The notes below the pieces were generated by a model. The model was not told the DNA's origin and ran no database searches. It saw nothing but the letters and a program-made list of their open reading frames with translations. From Pseudomonadota bacterium (GTDB lineage Bacteria; Pseudomonadota; Alphaproteobacteria; Rhizobiales; Rhizobiaceae), in assembly GCA_023399465.1 (NCBI GenBank), contig JAEWPB010000020.1, positions 22,380 to 86,379 on the forward strand: 64,000 bases of DNA, written 5' to 3'. This document shows, one piece after another, positions 9,671 through 19,110 of the stretch. Position 1 is the first letter of the stretch. Each line of letters opens with the position of its first letter. The position numbers were made by a program, and so were the translations under genes.

Positions 9671-11020
9671 TCAAACAGCAATGGAATGGCGGCCGCGGCC
9701 GTTGCCGAGATAGCTGTCGAATACGGCGGCAACGCTGCGGGCAAACGGCTTGCCGGCCGCTGTCAGCGAGAATTGTTGCGAATCGATGGTGCAGATTCCG
9801 TCGCTGTTGCCGGCCGCAAAGTTGCGCGCCTCGGCGATCACCTCCTCGGCAATACTGGGGAACCGCTGCCGCAGATCATCGAAGGAAAAGCCGAAGTCGC
9901 ACATGATGCGCTCGATCACATGTGCGCGCATCCGGTCTTCGTCGGTCAACTGGATGCCACGCACCGCCGCAAGACCGGTCGAATCCGCCATCCGCTGGTA
10001 TTCCCCGGTCGCCGGCATGTTCTGCACGTAGCCCTGGGGCAACTGGCCGATGGACGACGCACCGAGCCCGATCAGGGCATCGGCGGCGTCGTCGGTATAA
10101 CCCTGGAAATTCCGCCGCAAGGTCCCTTCCCTGTCGGCGACCGCCAGACGATCCGCAGGCTTGGCGAAATGGTCGATGCCGATCGCCTGGTAGCCGCTTG
10201 CCACCAGCATGTCCGCGGCGAGCGTCATCTGCCGGAAGCGCTCGGCGACATCAGGCAGCGCATCTTCCGGGATCAGCGTCTGGTGTTTCTTCATCCACGG
10301 AACGTGGGCATAGCCGAAGAGCGCGATGCGATCAGGATCGAGGGAAATGATGTCCTCGACCGTGCGCTCGAGCGTTGCGAGCGTCTGGTAGGGCAGCCCG
10401 TAGAGTATGTCGCAATTGACCGAGCGCACACCCCTCGCCCGCACCGCCTCGACAACCTCCCTTGTGTGCTCGAAGGTCTGGATGCGGTTGATCGCATTCT
10501 GCACCTTCGGCTCGAAATCCTGGACGCCGAGGCTTGCGCGCGTCATGCCGATCGCAGCCAGCGCATCGTAGCGCGGCGCGTCGAGATCGTTCGGATCCAT
10601 CTCGACGCTGATCTCGGCATCCGCGGCAAAGTTGAACGCACCACGCAGAGCCGCCATCAGGTCGATCAGGTCTTCGGGCCGGACCATGGTCGGCGAACCG
10701 CCGCCGAAATGCAGCGCAGTGACCCGCACATCAGGGGAAACGCGCGCGCCGACGGCTGCGATCTCCCGCTTCAGCGACATGAGATAGGTGGCGATCGGCT
10801 CATATTTCAGCGTATGCTTGGTATGACAGGCACAGAACCAGCACAGCCGGTCACAATAGGGAATGTGGACGTAAAGGGATAAGGTCTGCCCTTTTCCGAG
10901 CGCCGAGAGCCACTGCGCATATATGTCGCAGTCAATACCTTCGTGGAAATGCGGAGCCGTCGGATAGCTGGTATATCGTGGAACTGCACCGGAGTATTTT
11001 TTCAAAAAGTGCTGGTTCAT
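9671..11020 (-). CDS. hemN: oxygen-independent coproporphyrinogen III oxidase (radical SAM)
   Basis: ORF 9671..11218, with the ATG at 11020 (MNQHFLKKYSGAVPRYTSYPTAPHF). Contains the radical-SAM motif YCDRLCWFCAC. An anaerobox lies 74 nt upstream. Confidence 0.85.
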   Translation of the reverse strand: MNQHFLKKYSGAVPRYTSYPTAPHFHEGIDCDIYAQWLSALGKGQTLSLYVHIPYCDRLCWFCACHTKHTLKYEPIATYLMSLKREIAAVGARVSPDVRVTALHFGGGSPTMVRPEDLIDLMAALRGAFNFAADAEISVEMDPNDLDAPRYDALAAIGMTRASLGVQDFEPKVQNAINRIQTFEHTREVVEAVRARGVRSVNCDILYGLPYQTLATLERTVEDIISLDPDRIALFGYAHVPWMKKHQTLIPEDALPDVAERFRQMTLAADMLVASGYQAIGIDHFAKPADRLAVADREGTLRRNFQGYTDDAADALIGLGASSIGQLPQGYVQNMPATGEYQRMADSTGLAAVRGIQLTDEDRMRAHVIERIMCDFGFSFDDLRQRFPSIAEEVIAEARNFAAGNSDGICTIDSQQFSLTAAGKPFARSVAAVFDSYLGNGRGRHSIAV

Positions 11021-11093
11021 CGGCTTCTCCCGGCTTTTTGGGGGCGCATTGCGGATCGTCTGGGAATTTGTAGATTGTCTTGTCGGTTCCGCC

Positions 11094-11107
11094 TTGACTT
11101 CGATCAA
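11094..11107. promoter_or_regulatory. FNR/FixK-type anaerobox TTGACTTCGATCAA in the hemN-fnrN divergent region
   Basis: Read directly. It has one mismatch to TTGAT-N4-ATCAA and lies between hemN (start 11020, minus) and fnrN (start 11248, plus). Confidence 0.7.
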
Positions 11108-11247
11108 ATGCGGCGTTCTGACGAAAACTTGATGAGCATAGCGCCCGCAAGAGAGATATTTCGACGAAATAGCATATATGCGGGCAGGAAAGCTGCGTCG
11201 CAGCAGCGATTGCACCACCCAAGTGACGAATTGGAACCGTACGACCG

Positions 11248-11973
11248 ATGGATATTGCCAGAAAAGACATTCACAACTCCGATATCCCGGTTGTGTGCCG
11301 CTCCTGCGAAGCCCGTCACGGCGGTGTCTGCGGGACGTTGACGGCCGTGCAACTTCTCGAACTGAGCAAGCACTCGACGCGGCGCAAGATCGAGGCCGGC
11401 AGCGAGCTCGTCGGCCAGGGCGAGCGGGTGAATGCCTATTCGAACATCCTCAAGGGCGTGGTCAAACTCAGCAAGATGATGGCGGACGGCCGCCAGCAGA
11501 TCGTTGGGCTGCAATTCGCCCCCGATTTCCTTGGCCGCCCGTTCATGGACGAAAGCACGCTGACCGCCGAAGCCGCCGTCGACACCGAGATCTGCGCGTT
11601 CCCGCGCAACATCATCGATCGCATGGTTGCCGAAACGCCGGAACTGGAACATCGCCTGCACAACCAGGCGCTGAAGGAACTGGACGAAGCCCGCGACTGG
11701 ATGCTGACGCTCGGCCGCAAGACGGCGCAGGAGAAGGTGGCAAGCTTTCTCTATATGATCGCAACCAATGTCGATCCGGAGAGCGTCGACAATTCGACCT
11801 TCGAACTGCCGCTGTCGCGCGCCGACATCGCCGATTTCCTCGGCCTGACCATCGAAACGGTCAGCCGGCAGATGACCAAGCTGCGCAAGGAAAGCATCAT
11901 CCACGTCGAGAACAACCGCAATGTGAGCGTGCCCGACATGGATCGGCTGTGCCGCGCCGCCGGGATCGATTGA
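11248..11973 (+). CDS. fnrN: Crp/Fnr-family oxygen-responsive regulator, FnrN type
   Basis: 241 aa with the N-terminal cysteine cluster VVCRSCEARHGGVC (C-x2-C-x7-C), a central Cys (EICAF), and the C-terminal HTH RADIADFLGLTIETVSRQMTKL. Confidence 0.85.
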   Translation: MDIARKDIHNSDIPVVCRSCEARHGGVCGTLTAVQLLELSKHSTRRKIEAGSELVGQGERVNAYSNILKGVVKLSKMMADGRQQIVGLQFAPDFLGRPFMDESTLTAEAAVDTEICAFPRNIIDRMVAETPELEHRLHNQALKELDEARDWMLTLGRKTAQEKVASFLYMIATNVDPESVDNSTFELPLSRADIADFLGLTIETVSRQMTKLRKESIIHVENNRNVSVPDMDRLCRAAGID

Positions 11974-11990
11974 GCCCGGTAGAACGCGCC

Positions 11991-12965
11991 TCAGAGCAGG
12001 ATCAGGAACAGCCCCAGGGCGATCAGCGCCAGCGTCGAGCAGGCGCCATGGAAGACCGCGATCCCGGCCGTCAGGTCATCGGCGCGGGCGATACCGCGCC
12101 CCGCCCCGTTGATCATCGGCTCGCTTACCCGGTTGCCGCCGTAGATGCGCGGCCCGGCCAACTGGATGTCGAGCGCGCCGGCCATCGCCGCTTCCGGCCA
12201 GCCGGAATTGGGCGAGCGGTGCAGCCCATTGTCCTGAAGGGCGACCAGCAGCGCGTTTCGCGCCCCTGCTGCACCCTTCACCATGGCTGCGCCTGCCGCG
12301 ACGAGCAGGATCGACAGCCTTGCGGCCGGCCAGTTCGCGAGATCGTCCAGCCGAGCGGCAGCCCAGCCGAAATCGATGTATTTCTCTGATTTATGCCCGA
12401 TCATCGAATCGGCGGTGTTCAGCATCTTGTAGGCCAGCAGGCCTGGCAGGCCGAGAAGCGCATACCAGAAGGCGGGCGCGACCACCCCATCGGAAAAATT
12501 CTCGGCAAGGCTTTCGATTGCTGCCCGGCAGACGGCCGGCGTGTCGAGGGTTTCCGGATCGCGGCCGACGATCATCGACACCGCCCTGCGGCCGCCCTCC
12601 AGACCGTCGCTCCGCAACCCGTCGACGACCGCCCCGACGTGATCGGAAAGGCACTTCTGCGCCAGGAACACCGCGACCAGCAGGATCTCGACGAGTATGC
12701 CGATCGGCCCGAGTGCGAACAGCAAGGCGTGAATAGCCCAGCCGACGACGAGACTTGCGACCAGGAGGATGGCGATGGCAAGGACGCCGTTGCGCCTGCG
12801 CACGGAAGCCGGCAGCCTGACATCGTTGAGCCTGTCGTCCAGCGCAGTGATCGCCCTGCCGAACAGCACGACAGGGTGCGGGATGCGGTTCCACAGCCAG
12901 ACCGGATCGCCGACGATGCGGTCGAGGATCAGCGCGAGAAAGAGAACGAGCAGGTTCCCGGTCAT
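11991..12965 (-). CDS. cobD: adenosylcobinamide-phosphate synthase (CobD/CbiB)
   Basis: 324-aa membrane protein with the N-terminus LILDRIVGDPVWLWNRIPHPVVLFGR, typical of CbiB/CobD. Its start overlaps the cobC stop. Confidence 0.85.
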   Translation of the reverse strand: MTGNLLVLFLALILDRIVGDPVWLWNRIPHPVVLFGRAITALDDRLNDVRLPASVRRRNGVLAIAILLVASLVVGWAIHALLFALGPIGILVEILLVAVFLAQKCLSDHVGAVVDGLRSDGLEGGRRAVSMIVGRDPETLDTPAVCRAAIESLAENFSDGVVAPAFWYALLGLPGLLAYKMLNTADSMIGHKSEKYIDFGWAAARLDDLANWPAARLSILLVAAGAAMVKGAAGARNALLVALQDNGLHRSPNSGWPEAAMAGALDIQLAGPRIYGGNRVSEPMINGAGRGIARADDLTAGIAVFHGACSTLALIALGLFLILL

Positions 12966-13969
12966 GAATGGCGGTTCCAGCTTTCGAGCGATGCCGCAAG
13001 CCTCCGATCGCCCGCCTCATCCGGCGAAAGGCCGATGCGCAGCCAGTCGGGCGCATAGTCGAACTTGCGCACGAGAACATGGTCGCGGCAGAGATGGGCG
13101 TGCAATTCAGCAGCCCGGGGATGGGCGACCAGCGCAAACAGCGGCGTGCCGCCGACGACCGCGAGCCCCGCCCCCTCCAGTACCGCCATCAGGCCGCGCT
13201 TGCGGACGGCAATGGCACGGGCAACAGGAGCGGTATCCGCCTCCATCAACTGCGCGGCGACGGACAGCGCCGGGCCGGACACCGCCCACGGACCCAGCCA
13301 GTTGTCCAGCCGTTCGAGGATCGGCTCCTCAGCAATCACGAATCCGAGCCGCATGCCCGCCAGCCCGAAGAACTTGCCGAACGAGCGGAAGATGACCAGA
13401 CCGGGCATGCCTGCGGCACGTGGAGCGAGACTTGCCTCGGGATCTGTGTCACCGAAGGCTTCGTCGACGACGAGGAGCGCCTCCTGCGCCGCAAGTCGCT
13501 GCCGCAGTTTCTCGAGCACTTCAGGCGCGAAAATCCGGCCGTCGGGATTGTTCGGATTGACCACCACGACAAGCCCGTGCTGCGGGCCGATTTCCTCAAG
13601 AGACGTGATCCTGTCGACCGCCATGCCCGCAAGCTCGAAGGCGCGTGCATATTCGCCGTAGGTCGGGAAAAGGATGGCGACGCGGCGCTCCCGGTCCGCC
13701 AGGCGCGGCAGCAGCTGGATCGCCGACTGGGTACCGGGCACGGCAAGCGGCAGGACGTCGCGGCTGCGGTAATAAGCGGCCGCCGCCTTGCGGGCAGCAA
13801 GGACAAGGTGCTGGTCCGGAAGCCGGTGCCAGACATCGATCGCAATCGGCGGGACTGCCACCGGATTCGGATTGATGCCGGTGGAAAGATCGAGCCAGTC
13901 CTGCGGTCTGCCGCCATATGCTGCTGCGGCAGCGGTTATGCCGCCACCGTGAACGATGGCGCCGGTCAT
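12962..13969 (-). CDS. cobC: threonine-phosphate decarboxylase (PLP aminotransferase fold)
   Basis: 335 aa with the PLP-lysine context FRSFGKFFGLAGMRLG. It lies between cobB and cobD with 4-nt overlaps on both sides. Confidence 0.75.
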   Translation of the reverse strand: MTGAIVHGGGITAAAAAYGGRPQDWLDLSTGINPNPVAVPPIAIDVWHRLPDQHLVLAARKAAAAYYRSRDVLPLAVPGTQSAIQLLPRLADRERRVAILFPTYGEYARAFELAGMAVDRITSLEEIGPQHGLVVVVNPNNPDGRIFAPEVLEKLRQRLAAQEALLVVDEAFGDTDPEASLAPRAAGMPGLVIFRSFGKFFGLAGMRLGFVIAEEPILERLDNWLGPWAVSGPALSVAAQLMEADTAPVARAIAVRKRGLMAVLEGAGLAVVGGTPLFALVAHPRAAELHAHLCRDHVLVRKFDYAPDWLRIGLSPDEAGDRRLAASLESWNRHS

Positions 13970-15273
13970 GCCCGGTCACCGGCAAGATCGATCAGATGCA
14001 TGAAGGATCCAGCCACGGAGCCGCGTTGCAAACCGACCTTGCCGAGCGGCGCGTCGAGCGCATCGGCAACGTCGAACAGCCGCTCCGCCTCTCCCTCCGA
14101 AACGATCGTCGCATGGTGGTACTCGTGCGCCGTCATCGGACTGTCGAAGAACGCGCCGGAAAGCGGCTTCACCTTGCGATAGCCGAGATGGCGCTTGCGC
14201 TCGCGGAAGCTGGTCGTCAGCGGCAGCAGCCCCAGCATGCGGTGTTCGCCGCCCGCCCCGTCGATCAGACAGTCGCCGAGCGTCATGTAGCCGCCGCACT
14301 CGCCATAGATGCGAACGCCGCCGGCCGCCGCCTCCACCAGCGCTGTCCGGAACGTATCGGCCGCTGCAAGCGTGCCGGCATGGAGCTCCGGATAGCCACC
14401 GGGCAGGTAGATGGCATCGCTGTCTGCGGGCGGCGCCTCGTCGGCGAGCGGCGAGAAAAAGCGGATCTCCGCCCCGCGACGCCGCCAGCCAAGCAGCATG
14501 TGCTCGTAGCAGAAGGCAAAGGCGAGGTCGCGGGCGACGGCAATGCGCTGGCCGAGCGGTGCGAGCCGGGCAATATTGGCGTCCGAGGCGCGATCTGGCA
14601 CCTGCTTGGCCGCCCGCATCAGCAGCGTCAGGTCGCAATCGGCGGTGACAGCGGCGGCGGCGTGCTCGATGAATTCCTCGAGCGCTGCGTGCTCTCCCGC
14701 CTGGACGAGGCCGAGATGGCGCTCCGGCAGCCCGAGACCGGTATCCGAGCGCACGACGGCGAAGATCGGCATGCGGATCGAGTCGAGCGCGAAACGCAGC
14801 ATGGCCTCGTGCCGGTCGCTGCCGACGCGATTGAGGATGACGCCGGCGATGCGGGTATCGACGCGGAAATTGGCAAAGCCGCTGACCAGTGCCGCCACGG
14901 AATGGGACATCTTCGCGCAATCGACGACGAGCACCACCGAAAGACCGAGCGTCGCGGCGAGATCCGCCGGTGAGCCGGTGCCGTCCGCGGCCCCGTCGAA
15001 CAGCCCCATCATCGCCTCGACGACCAGCGTGCGCCCGCCCGAGCGGTGCAGCGCGGCGTTGGCGAGCAGCAGTTCCGGCCGCATCGCCCATGGATCGAAG
15101 TTGAGGCAGGTCTCGCCGCTCGCCGCGGCATGAAATGCCGGGTCGATATAGTCCGGCCCCGCCTTGCCCGGTGCCAGCGCAATACCTCTCTTGTGCAGGG
15201 CCCGCAGCAGGCCGAGCGTCACGGTCGTCTTGCCGGCACCCGAGGACGGCGCCGCGATCAGCAATCCGCTCAT
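13966..15273 (-). CDS. cobB: cobyrinic/hydrogenobyrinic acid a,c-diamide synthase
   Basis: ORF 13966..15345. The ATG at 15273 overlaps the cobA stop (ATGA). Contains the N-terminal APSSGAGKTTVTLGLL motif and the amidotransferase Cys context YGECGGYM. Confidence 0.85.
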   Translation of the reverse strand: MSGLLIAAPSSGAGKTTVTLGLLRALHKRGIALAPGKAGPDYIDPAFHAAASGETCLNFDPWAMRPELLLANAALHRSGGRTLVVEAMMGLFDGAADGTGSPADLAATLGLSVVLVVDCAKMSHSVAALVSGFANFRVDTRIAGVILNRVGSDRHEAMLRFALDSIRMPIFAVVRSDTGLGLPERHLGLVQAGEHAALEEFIEHAAAAVTADCDLTLLMRAAKQVPDRASDANIARLAPLGQRIAVARDLAFAFCYEHMLLGWRRRGAEIRFFSPLADEAPPADSDAIYLPGGYPELHAGTLAAADTFRTALVEAAAGGVRIYGECGGYMTLGDCLIDGAGGEHRMLGLLPLTTSFRERKRHLGYRKVKPLSGAFFDSPMTAHEYHHATIVSEGEAERLFDVADALDAPLGKVGLQRGSVAGSFMHLIDLAGDRA

Positions 15274-16115
15274 GCGGTCACCTTGCCTTCCCTGCCCGCA
15301 AACGGATCGGGCAACAATTTGCGGCCGCCAAGCGCGCCGAGCCAATCGAGCGAACCCCTCAGCCGCACGACCTCACCGACGACGACGATCGCCGGCGGCT
15401 CGATGCCTGATGAGGCGACGTCGGCAGCCGCCCGGCCGAGTGTTGTCTCAAGCACCGCCTGCCCCGATGTCGCGGCATTGCAGACGAAGGCCACCGGCTC
15501 GTCCGCCGGGCGCCCCGCGGCCATGAGGTTGGTGCTGATCTGGGCGATATGCTTCATCGCCATATACATGACGATGACCGGCGATCCCTTGCCGACGGCA
15601 TCCCAGTCGATCCGGTCCGGCACCAGCCCGGAGGAATCGTGGCCGGTCAGGAAGGTGACGGCGTGATTGATCTCGCGATGCGTCACGGGGATGCCGGCAT
15701 AGGAAAGCCCGCCGATGCCGGCGGTGATGCCGGGCACGATACGAAAGGGAATGTTATGCTCGACCAGCGTCAGGGCTTCCTCGCCGCCACGTCCGAACAC
15801 GAATGGATCGCCGCCCTTGAGACGCAACACCCGATGTCCCTCCCGCGCCAGGTCCACGAGGCGCAGCGAAATATCGCGCTGCCTTGCCGAAGGCTTGCCG
15901 CCGCGCTTGCCGGCATATTCGATTGTCGCATCGGTACGTGCCAGTTTCAGGCACTCGTCGTTCACCAGCGCGTCATAGACGATCACATCGGCTTCGGCGA
16001 GGGCTTTGGCCGCCAGCAGGGTCAGCAGGCCCGGATCGCCGGGCCCCGCTCCGACCAACCACACGCTGCCCGGCGCAATCGCCGGAAGGTGGGAAAAAGC
16101 GGTGTCGTTCATCAT
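15270..16115 (-). CDS. cobA: uroporphyrinogen-III C-methyltransferase (SUMT)
   Basis: ORF 15270..16148, likely starting at ATG 16115 (MMNDTAF...). Contains the tetrapyrrole methylase signature VWLVGAGPGDPGLLTL. Confidence 0.8.
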   Translation of the reverse strand: MMNDTAFSHLPAIAPGSVWLVGAGPGDPGLLTLLAAKALAEADVIVYDALVNDECLKLARTDATIEYAGKRGGKPSARQRDISLRLVDLAREGHRVLRLKGGDPFVFGRGGEEALTLVEHNIPFRIVPGITAGIGGLSYAGIPVTHREINHAVTFLTGHDSSGLVPDRIDWDAVGKGSPVIVMYMAMKHIAQISTNLMAAGRPADEPVAFVCNAATSGQAVLETTLGRAAADVASSGIEPPAIVVVGEVVRLRGSLDWLGALGGRKLLPDPFAGREGKVTA

Positions 16116-16227
16116 AATGGTCCTATGCCCGCATCGGGCAAAATGCAATCGCGGAAGGCCAGCGCAACCTTTCTAAGCCCCCGCACCTGAACTATAAGTG
16201 AACCATTACAAAAGTCATAAGCAGACC

Positions 16228-17349
16228 ATGACGCAAGACGCCGAAATCCCGATCACCGCTCCCGACAACGGCCGCAAGCCGCAAGGCGAACTGCGCCGGG
16301 GCTGGACTACCGGCGCCTGCGCCACCGCCGCCACCAAGGCCGCATTGACAGCGTTTATAACCGGCGAGTTTCCCGATCCGGTGACGATCCGCCTGCCGCG
16401 CGGCGAGGAACCGGCTTTTGCGCTTGCGTTCGAAAGCCTCGGGGACGGTTATGCGACGGCCGGCATCGTCAAGGATGCCGGCGACGATCCGGACGTTACC
16501 CACGGCGCGACGATACTGGCGAGTGTTCGTCCGCTCCCGCCCGGCAGCGGCATCCGCTTCGTCGCGGGCGAAGGTGTGGGCACCGTAACCAAGCCGGGGC
16601 TGCCGGTCGGCGTCGGCGAACCGGCGATCAATCCGGTGCCGCGGGCGATGATGACGGCGGAAATCGAGGCGCTCTGCGGCGAATACGGGCTTCCCGCCGA
16701 TGTCGAGGTGACCGTATCGGTGCCCGGCGGCGAGGACATCGCCGCGCAGACGTGGAACCCGCGGCTCGGCATCGTCGGCGGCCTGTCGATCCTCGGCACG
16801 ACAGGCGTGGTCAACCCCTTCTCCTGTTCGGCCTGGATCCACTCGATCCATAGCGGCATCGACGTCGCGCGCGCCGAAGGCCTCACGCATGTGCTCGGCG
16901 CGACCGGCTCGACCTCGGAAAAGGCGGCGCAGGAACTCTACGGACTGCCGGAGGGCGCGCTTCTCGACATGGGCGACTTCGCCGGGGGGCTGCTCAAATA
17001 TCTGCGAGCCCACCCGATCCCGCGACTGACGATCGCCGGCGGCTTCGCCAAGATGGTGAAGCTGGCCCAGGGCGCACTCGACCTGCATTCCTCGCGAAGC
17101 CAGGTGGACATAGCATTTCTGGAATCGCTGATTGCGCAAGACGAGCTGACTCAATCCCTGAAGGACCGGATTCAATCTGCCAACACAGCGCTGGAAGTGC
17201 TTGAAATCACGAACACCCTCGGGATCGACATCGCCACGCCAGTCGCCGTGAAGGCGCGGGAGACCGCACTTGCCGCGCTGCGCGGCGCGCCGGTCGCGGT
17301 TGATATCGTCGTCACCGACCGCAGCGGAAAGATCATCGCCCGTGCCTGA
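16228..17349 (+). CDS. cbiD: cobalt-precorrin-5B (C1)-methyltransferase CbiD
   Basis: ORF 16198..17349, with the ATG at 16228. Contains the signature LRRGWTTGACATAATKAAL typical of CbiD. Confidence 0.8.
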   Translation: MTQDAEIPITAPDNGRKPQGELRRGWTTGACATAATKAALTAFITGEFPDPVTIRLPRGEEPAFALAFESLGDGYATAGIVKDAGDDPDVTHGATILASVRPLPPGSGIRFVAGEGVGTVTKPGLPVGVGEPAINPVPRAMMTAEIEALCGEYGLPADVEVTVSVPGGEDIAAQTWNPRLGIVGGLSILGTTGVVNPFSCSAWIHSIHSGIDVARAEGLTHVLGATGSTSEKAAQELYGLPEGALLDMGDFAGGLLKYLRAHPIPRLTIAGGFAKMVKLAQGALDLHSSRSQVDIAFLESLIAQDELTQSLKDRIQSANTALEVLEITNTLGIDIATPVAVKARETALAALRGAPVAVDIVVTDRSGKIIARA

Positions 17350-18019
17350 AGACAAGATCCTCATTCTCGGCGGCACCAGGGAGGCGGCCGAACTGGCCGC
17401 AAAACTGGTTGGCGAAGGCGGGGCCCATGTCATCACCTCGCTCGCCGGCCGCACCCGCGAACCGGCGCCGGTTGCCGGATCGGTGCGCGTCGGCGGCTTC
17501 GGCGGCGCCGATGGCCTTGCCGCCTATCTTGCAGAAAACCGCATCACCCGCGTAATCGACGCGACGCATCCTTTTGCTCGCACAATCTCGGCAAATGCCG
17601 CGATCGCTTGCCGCGAAACAGGCGTGCAGCTCGAAACGCTTGCCCGCCCGCAATGGGAGCCCGAAGCCGCAGACAGTTGGACCCGTGTCGGCTCCCTGGA
17701 ACAGGCAGCCGCGAAACTCCCCGTCGGCGCTCGCGTATTCCTTGCGCTTGGAAAGCAGCATCTCTCCGCATTCGAACCCCTGCAGGGTCGCCACTTCATA
17801 GTCCGCATGGTCGATGCGCCGGAGACACCATTGTGTTTCGCCAGCCACACGCTGATTCTCGGCAGGCCGGCAATCGATCCGGCGGAGGAAGAGGCGCTTT
17901 TTCGCGAGCACCGCGTCACCCACCTCGTCTGCCGGAACTCCGGCGGATCGGGCGGTCATGCAAAGATCGCCGCCGCCCGTCGCATGGGCCTGCCGGTGAT
18001 CATGATCGAACGACCATGA
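17342..18019 (+). CDS. cobK: precorrin-6A reductase
   Basis: Same frame as ORF 17270..18019. The GTG at 17342 overlaps the cbiD stop. The N-terminus KILILGGTREAAELAAKL is typical of CobK/CbiJ. Confidence 0.75.
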   Translation: MPEDKILILGGTREAAELAAKLVGEGGAHVITSLAGRTREPAPVAGSVRVGGFGGADGLAAYLAENRITRVIDATHPFARTISANAAIACRETGVQLETLARPQWEPEAADSWTRVGSLEQAAAKLPVGARVFLALGKQHLSAFEPLQGRHFIVRMVDAPETPLCFASHTLILGRPAIDPAEEEALFREHRVTHLVCRNSGGSGGHAKIAAARRMGLPVIMIERP

Positions 18020-18063
18020 GGGCAGCCGCGCCACCTTCCGCGGCGCGGCTACGAAACAACCGT

Positions 18064-19014
18064 TCAGTGTGCGAGGATCGTCCGGCGGATCAGCGCCAGC
18101 ACGGCTTCGGAATCGACCTCCAGGCAGGCGAGCTGGCTTGGATAGTTGTCCCAGTCGCCCGGCGGGAAGCGGCGGCCGTCCGGCTTCTGGATGGTCTGGC
18201 CGTCGGCAATGCCGCCGCAGACGACGCGGATCGGACCGCTGCGGGTTGTGAACAGCTCCGGCGCCACGACGTAGACGCAGGCGCAGCTGTCATGGACCAT
18301 CATGCCGTCGTCGACGATGTGGGCGTAGAAGTCGATGTAGAACTGCGAGATGCTGTTGAGCAGTTCGACGTGCTCGCCGCCCTCTTCCGCCATCTCGGCC
18401 AGGAAGGTGCGGCTCATGGTGGTCACGCCCGTTACGTCGAGACCGACGACGACGACATTCCAGGGCGCGGTCATCACCACGTCGGCGGCCTCGGGATCAC
18501 CGTGGATATTGGCCTCGGCCACCGGCGTGACGTTGCCGGGGACGTGGAAGTTCCCGCCCATGATGACGACATCCTTGACCAGGCCGGCGATCTCGGGATC
18601 GTGCTTCAGCGCCAGCGCCAGATTGGTCATGCGGCCGACGGCGACCAGACGGACCTCGCCGGGATGGGCGCGCACCGTGTCGATGATGAACTGATAGGCC
18701 GGACGCGGATCCACCGGAGCCTCGATGATTGCGGGCACATCGATATTGCCGAGGCCGTCGTCGCCATGGACGAAGGTCGGCCACTGGCCGGACGGCCGCG
18801 CCGGATCGAAGGTCTCGTTGGCGCCACGGGCGACCGGCACGTCGATCTTCCACTCGCGCTTCAGGAACAAGGCATTGCGGGTCGTGGTCTCGACCGAGGC
18901 GTTTCCGAAAACGGTGGTGATACCGAGGAGATCGATTTCAGGATGACGATGCAGGAACAGCAGCGCCATGGCGTCATCGACGCCGGGATCGGTATCAAAA
19001 ATGACCTTATGCAT
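18064..19014 (-). CDS. nucleoside hydrolase (inosine/uridine-preferring family)
   Basis: ORF 18064..19083, with the ATG at 19014. The N-terminus VIFDTDPGVDDAMALLFL carries the DxDxxxDD motif of IUNH-family hydrolases. Confidence 0.8.
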   Translation of the reverse strand: MHKVIFDTDPGVDDAMALLFLHRHPEIDLLGITTVFGNASVETTTRNALFLKREWKIDVPVARGANETFDPARPSGQWPTFVHGDDGLGNIDVPAIIEAPVDPRPAYQFIIDTVRAHPGEVRLVAVGRMTNLALALKHDPEIAGLVKDVVIMGGNFHVPGNVTPVAEANIHGDPEAADVVMTAPWNVVVVGLDVTGVTTMSRTFLAEMAEEGGEHVELLNSISQFYIDFYAHIVDDGMMVHDSCACVYVVAPELFTTRSGPIRVVCGGIADGQTIQKPDGRRFPPGDWDNYPSQLACLEVDSEAVLALIRRTILAH

Positions 19015-19110
19015 TGGATATGTCCTTCTGATTGTCATGCGCGACGGCGCTGCCAAACGGCCCGCGACAGGGCCAACGACCATAGCCGCAAAAGCATTTG
19101 CCGCAAGGGG

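Noticed and set aside
11127-11140. Possible second anaerobox in the fnrN promoter (TTGATGAGCATAGC).
   Set aside because: Only the left half-site matches. The right half (ATAGC versus ATCAA) is poor, so it is not reported as a feature.
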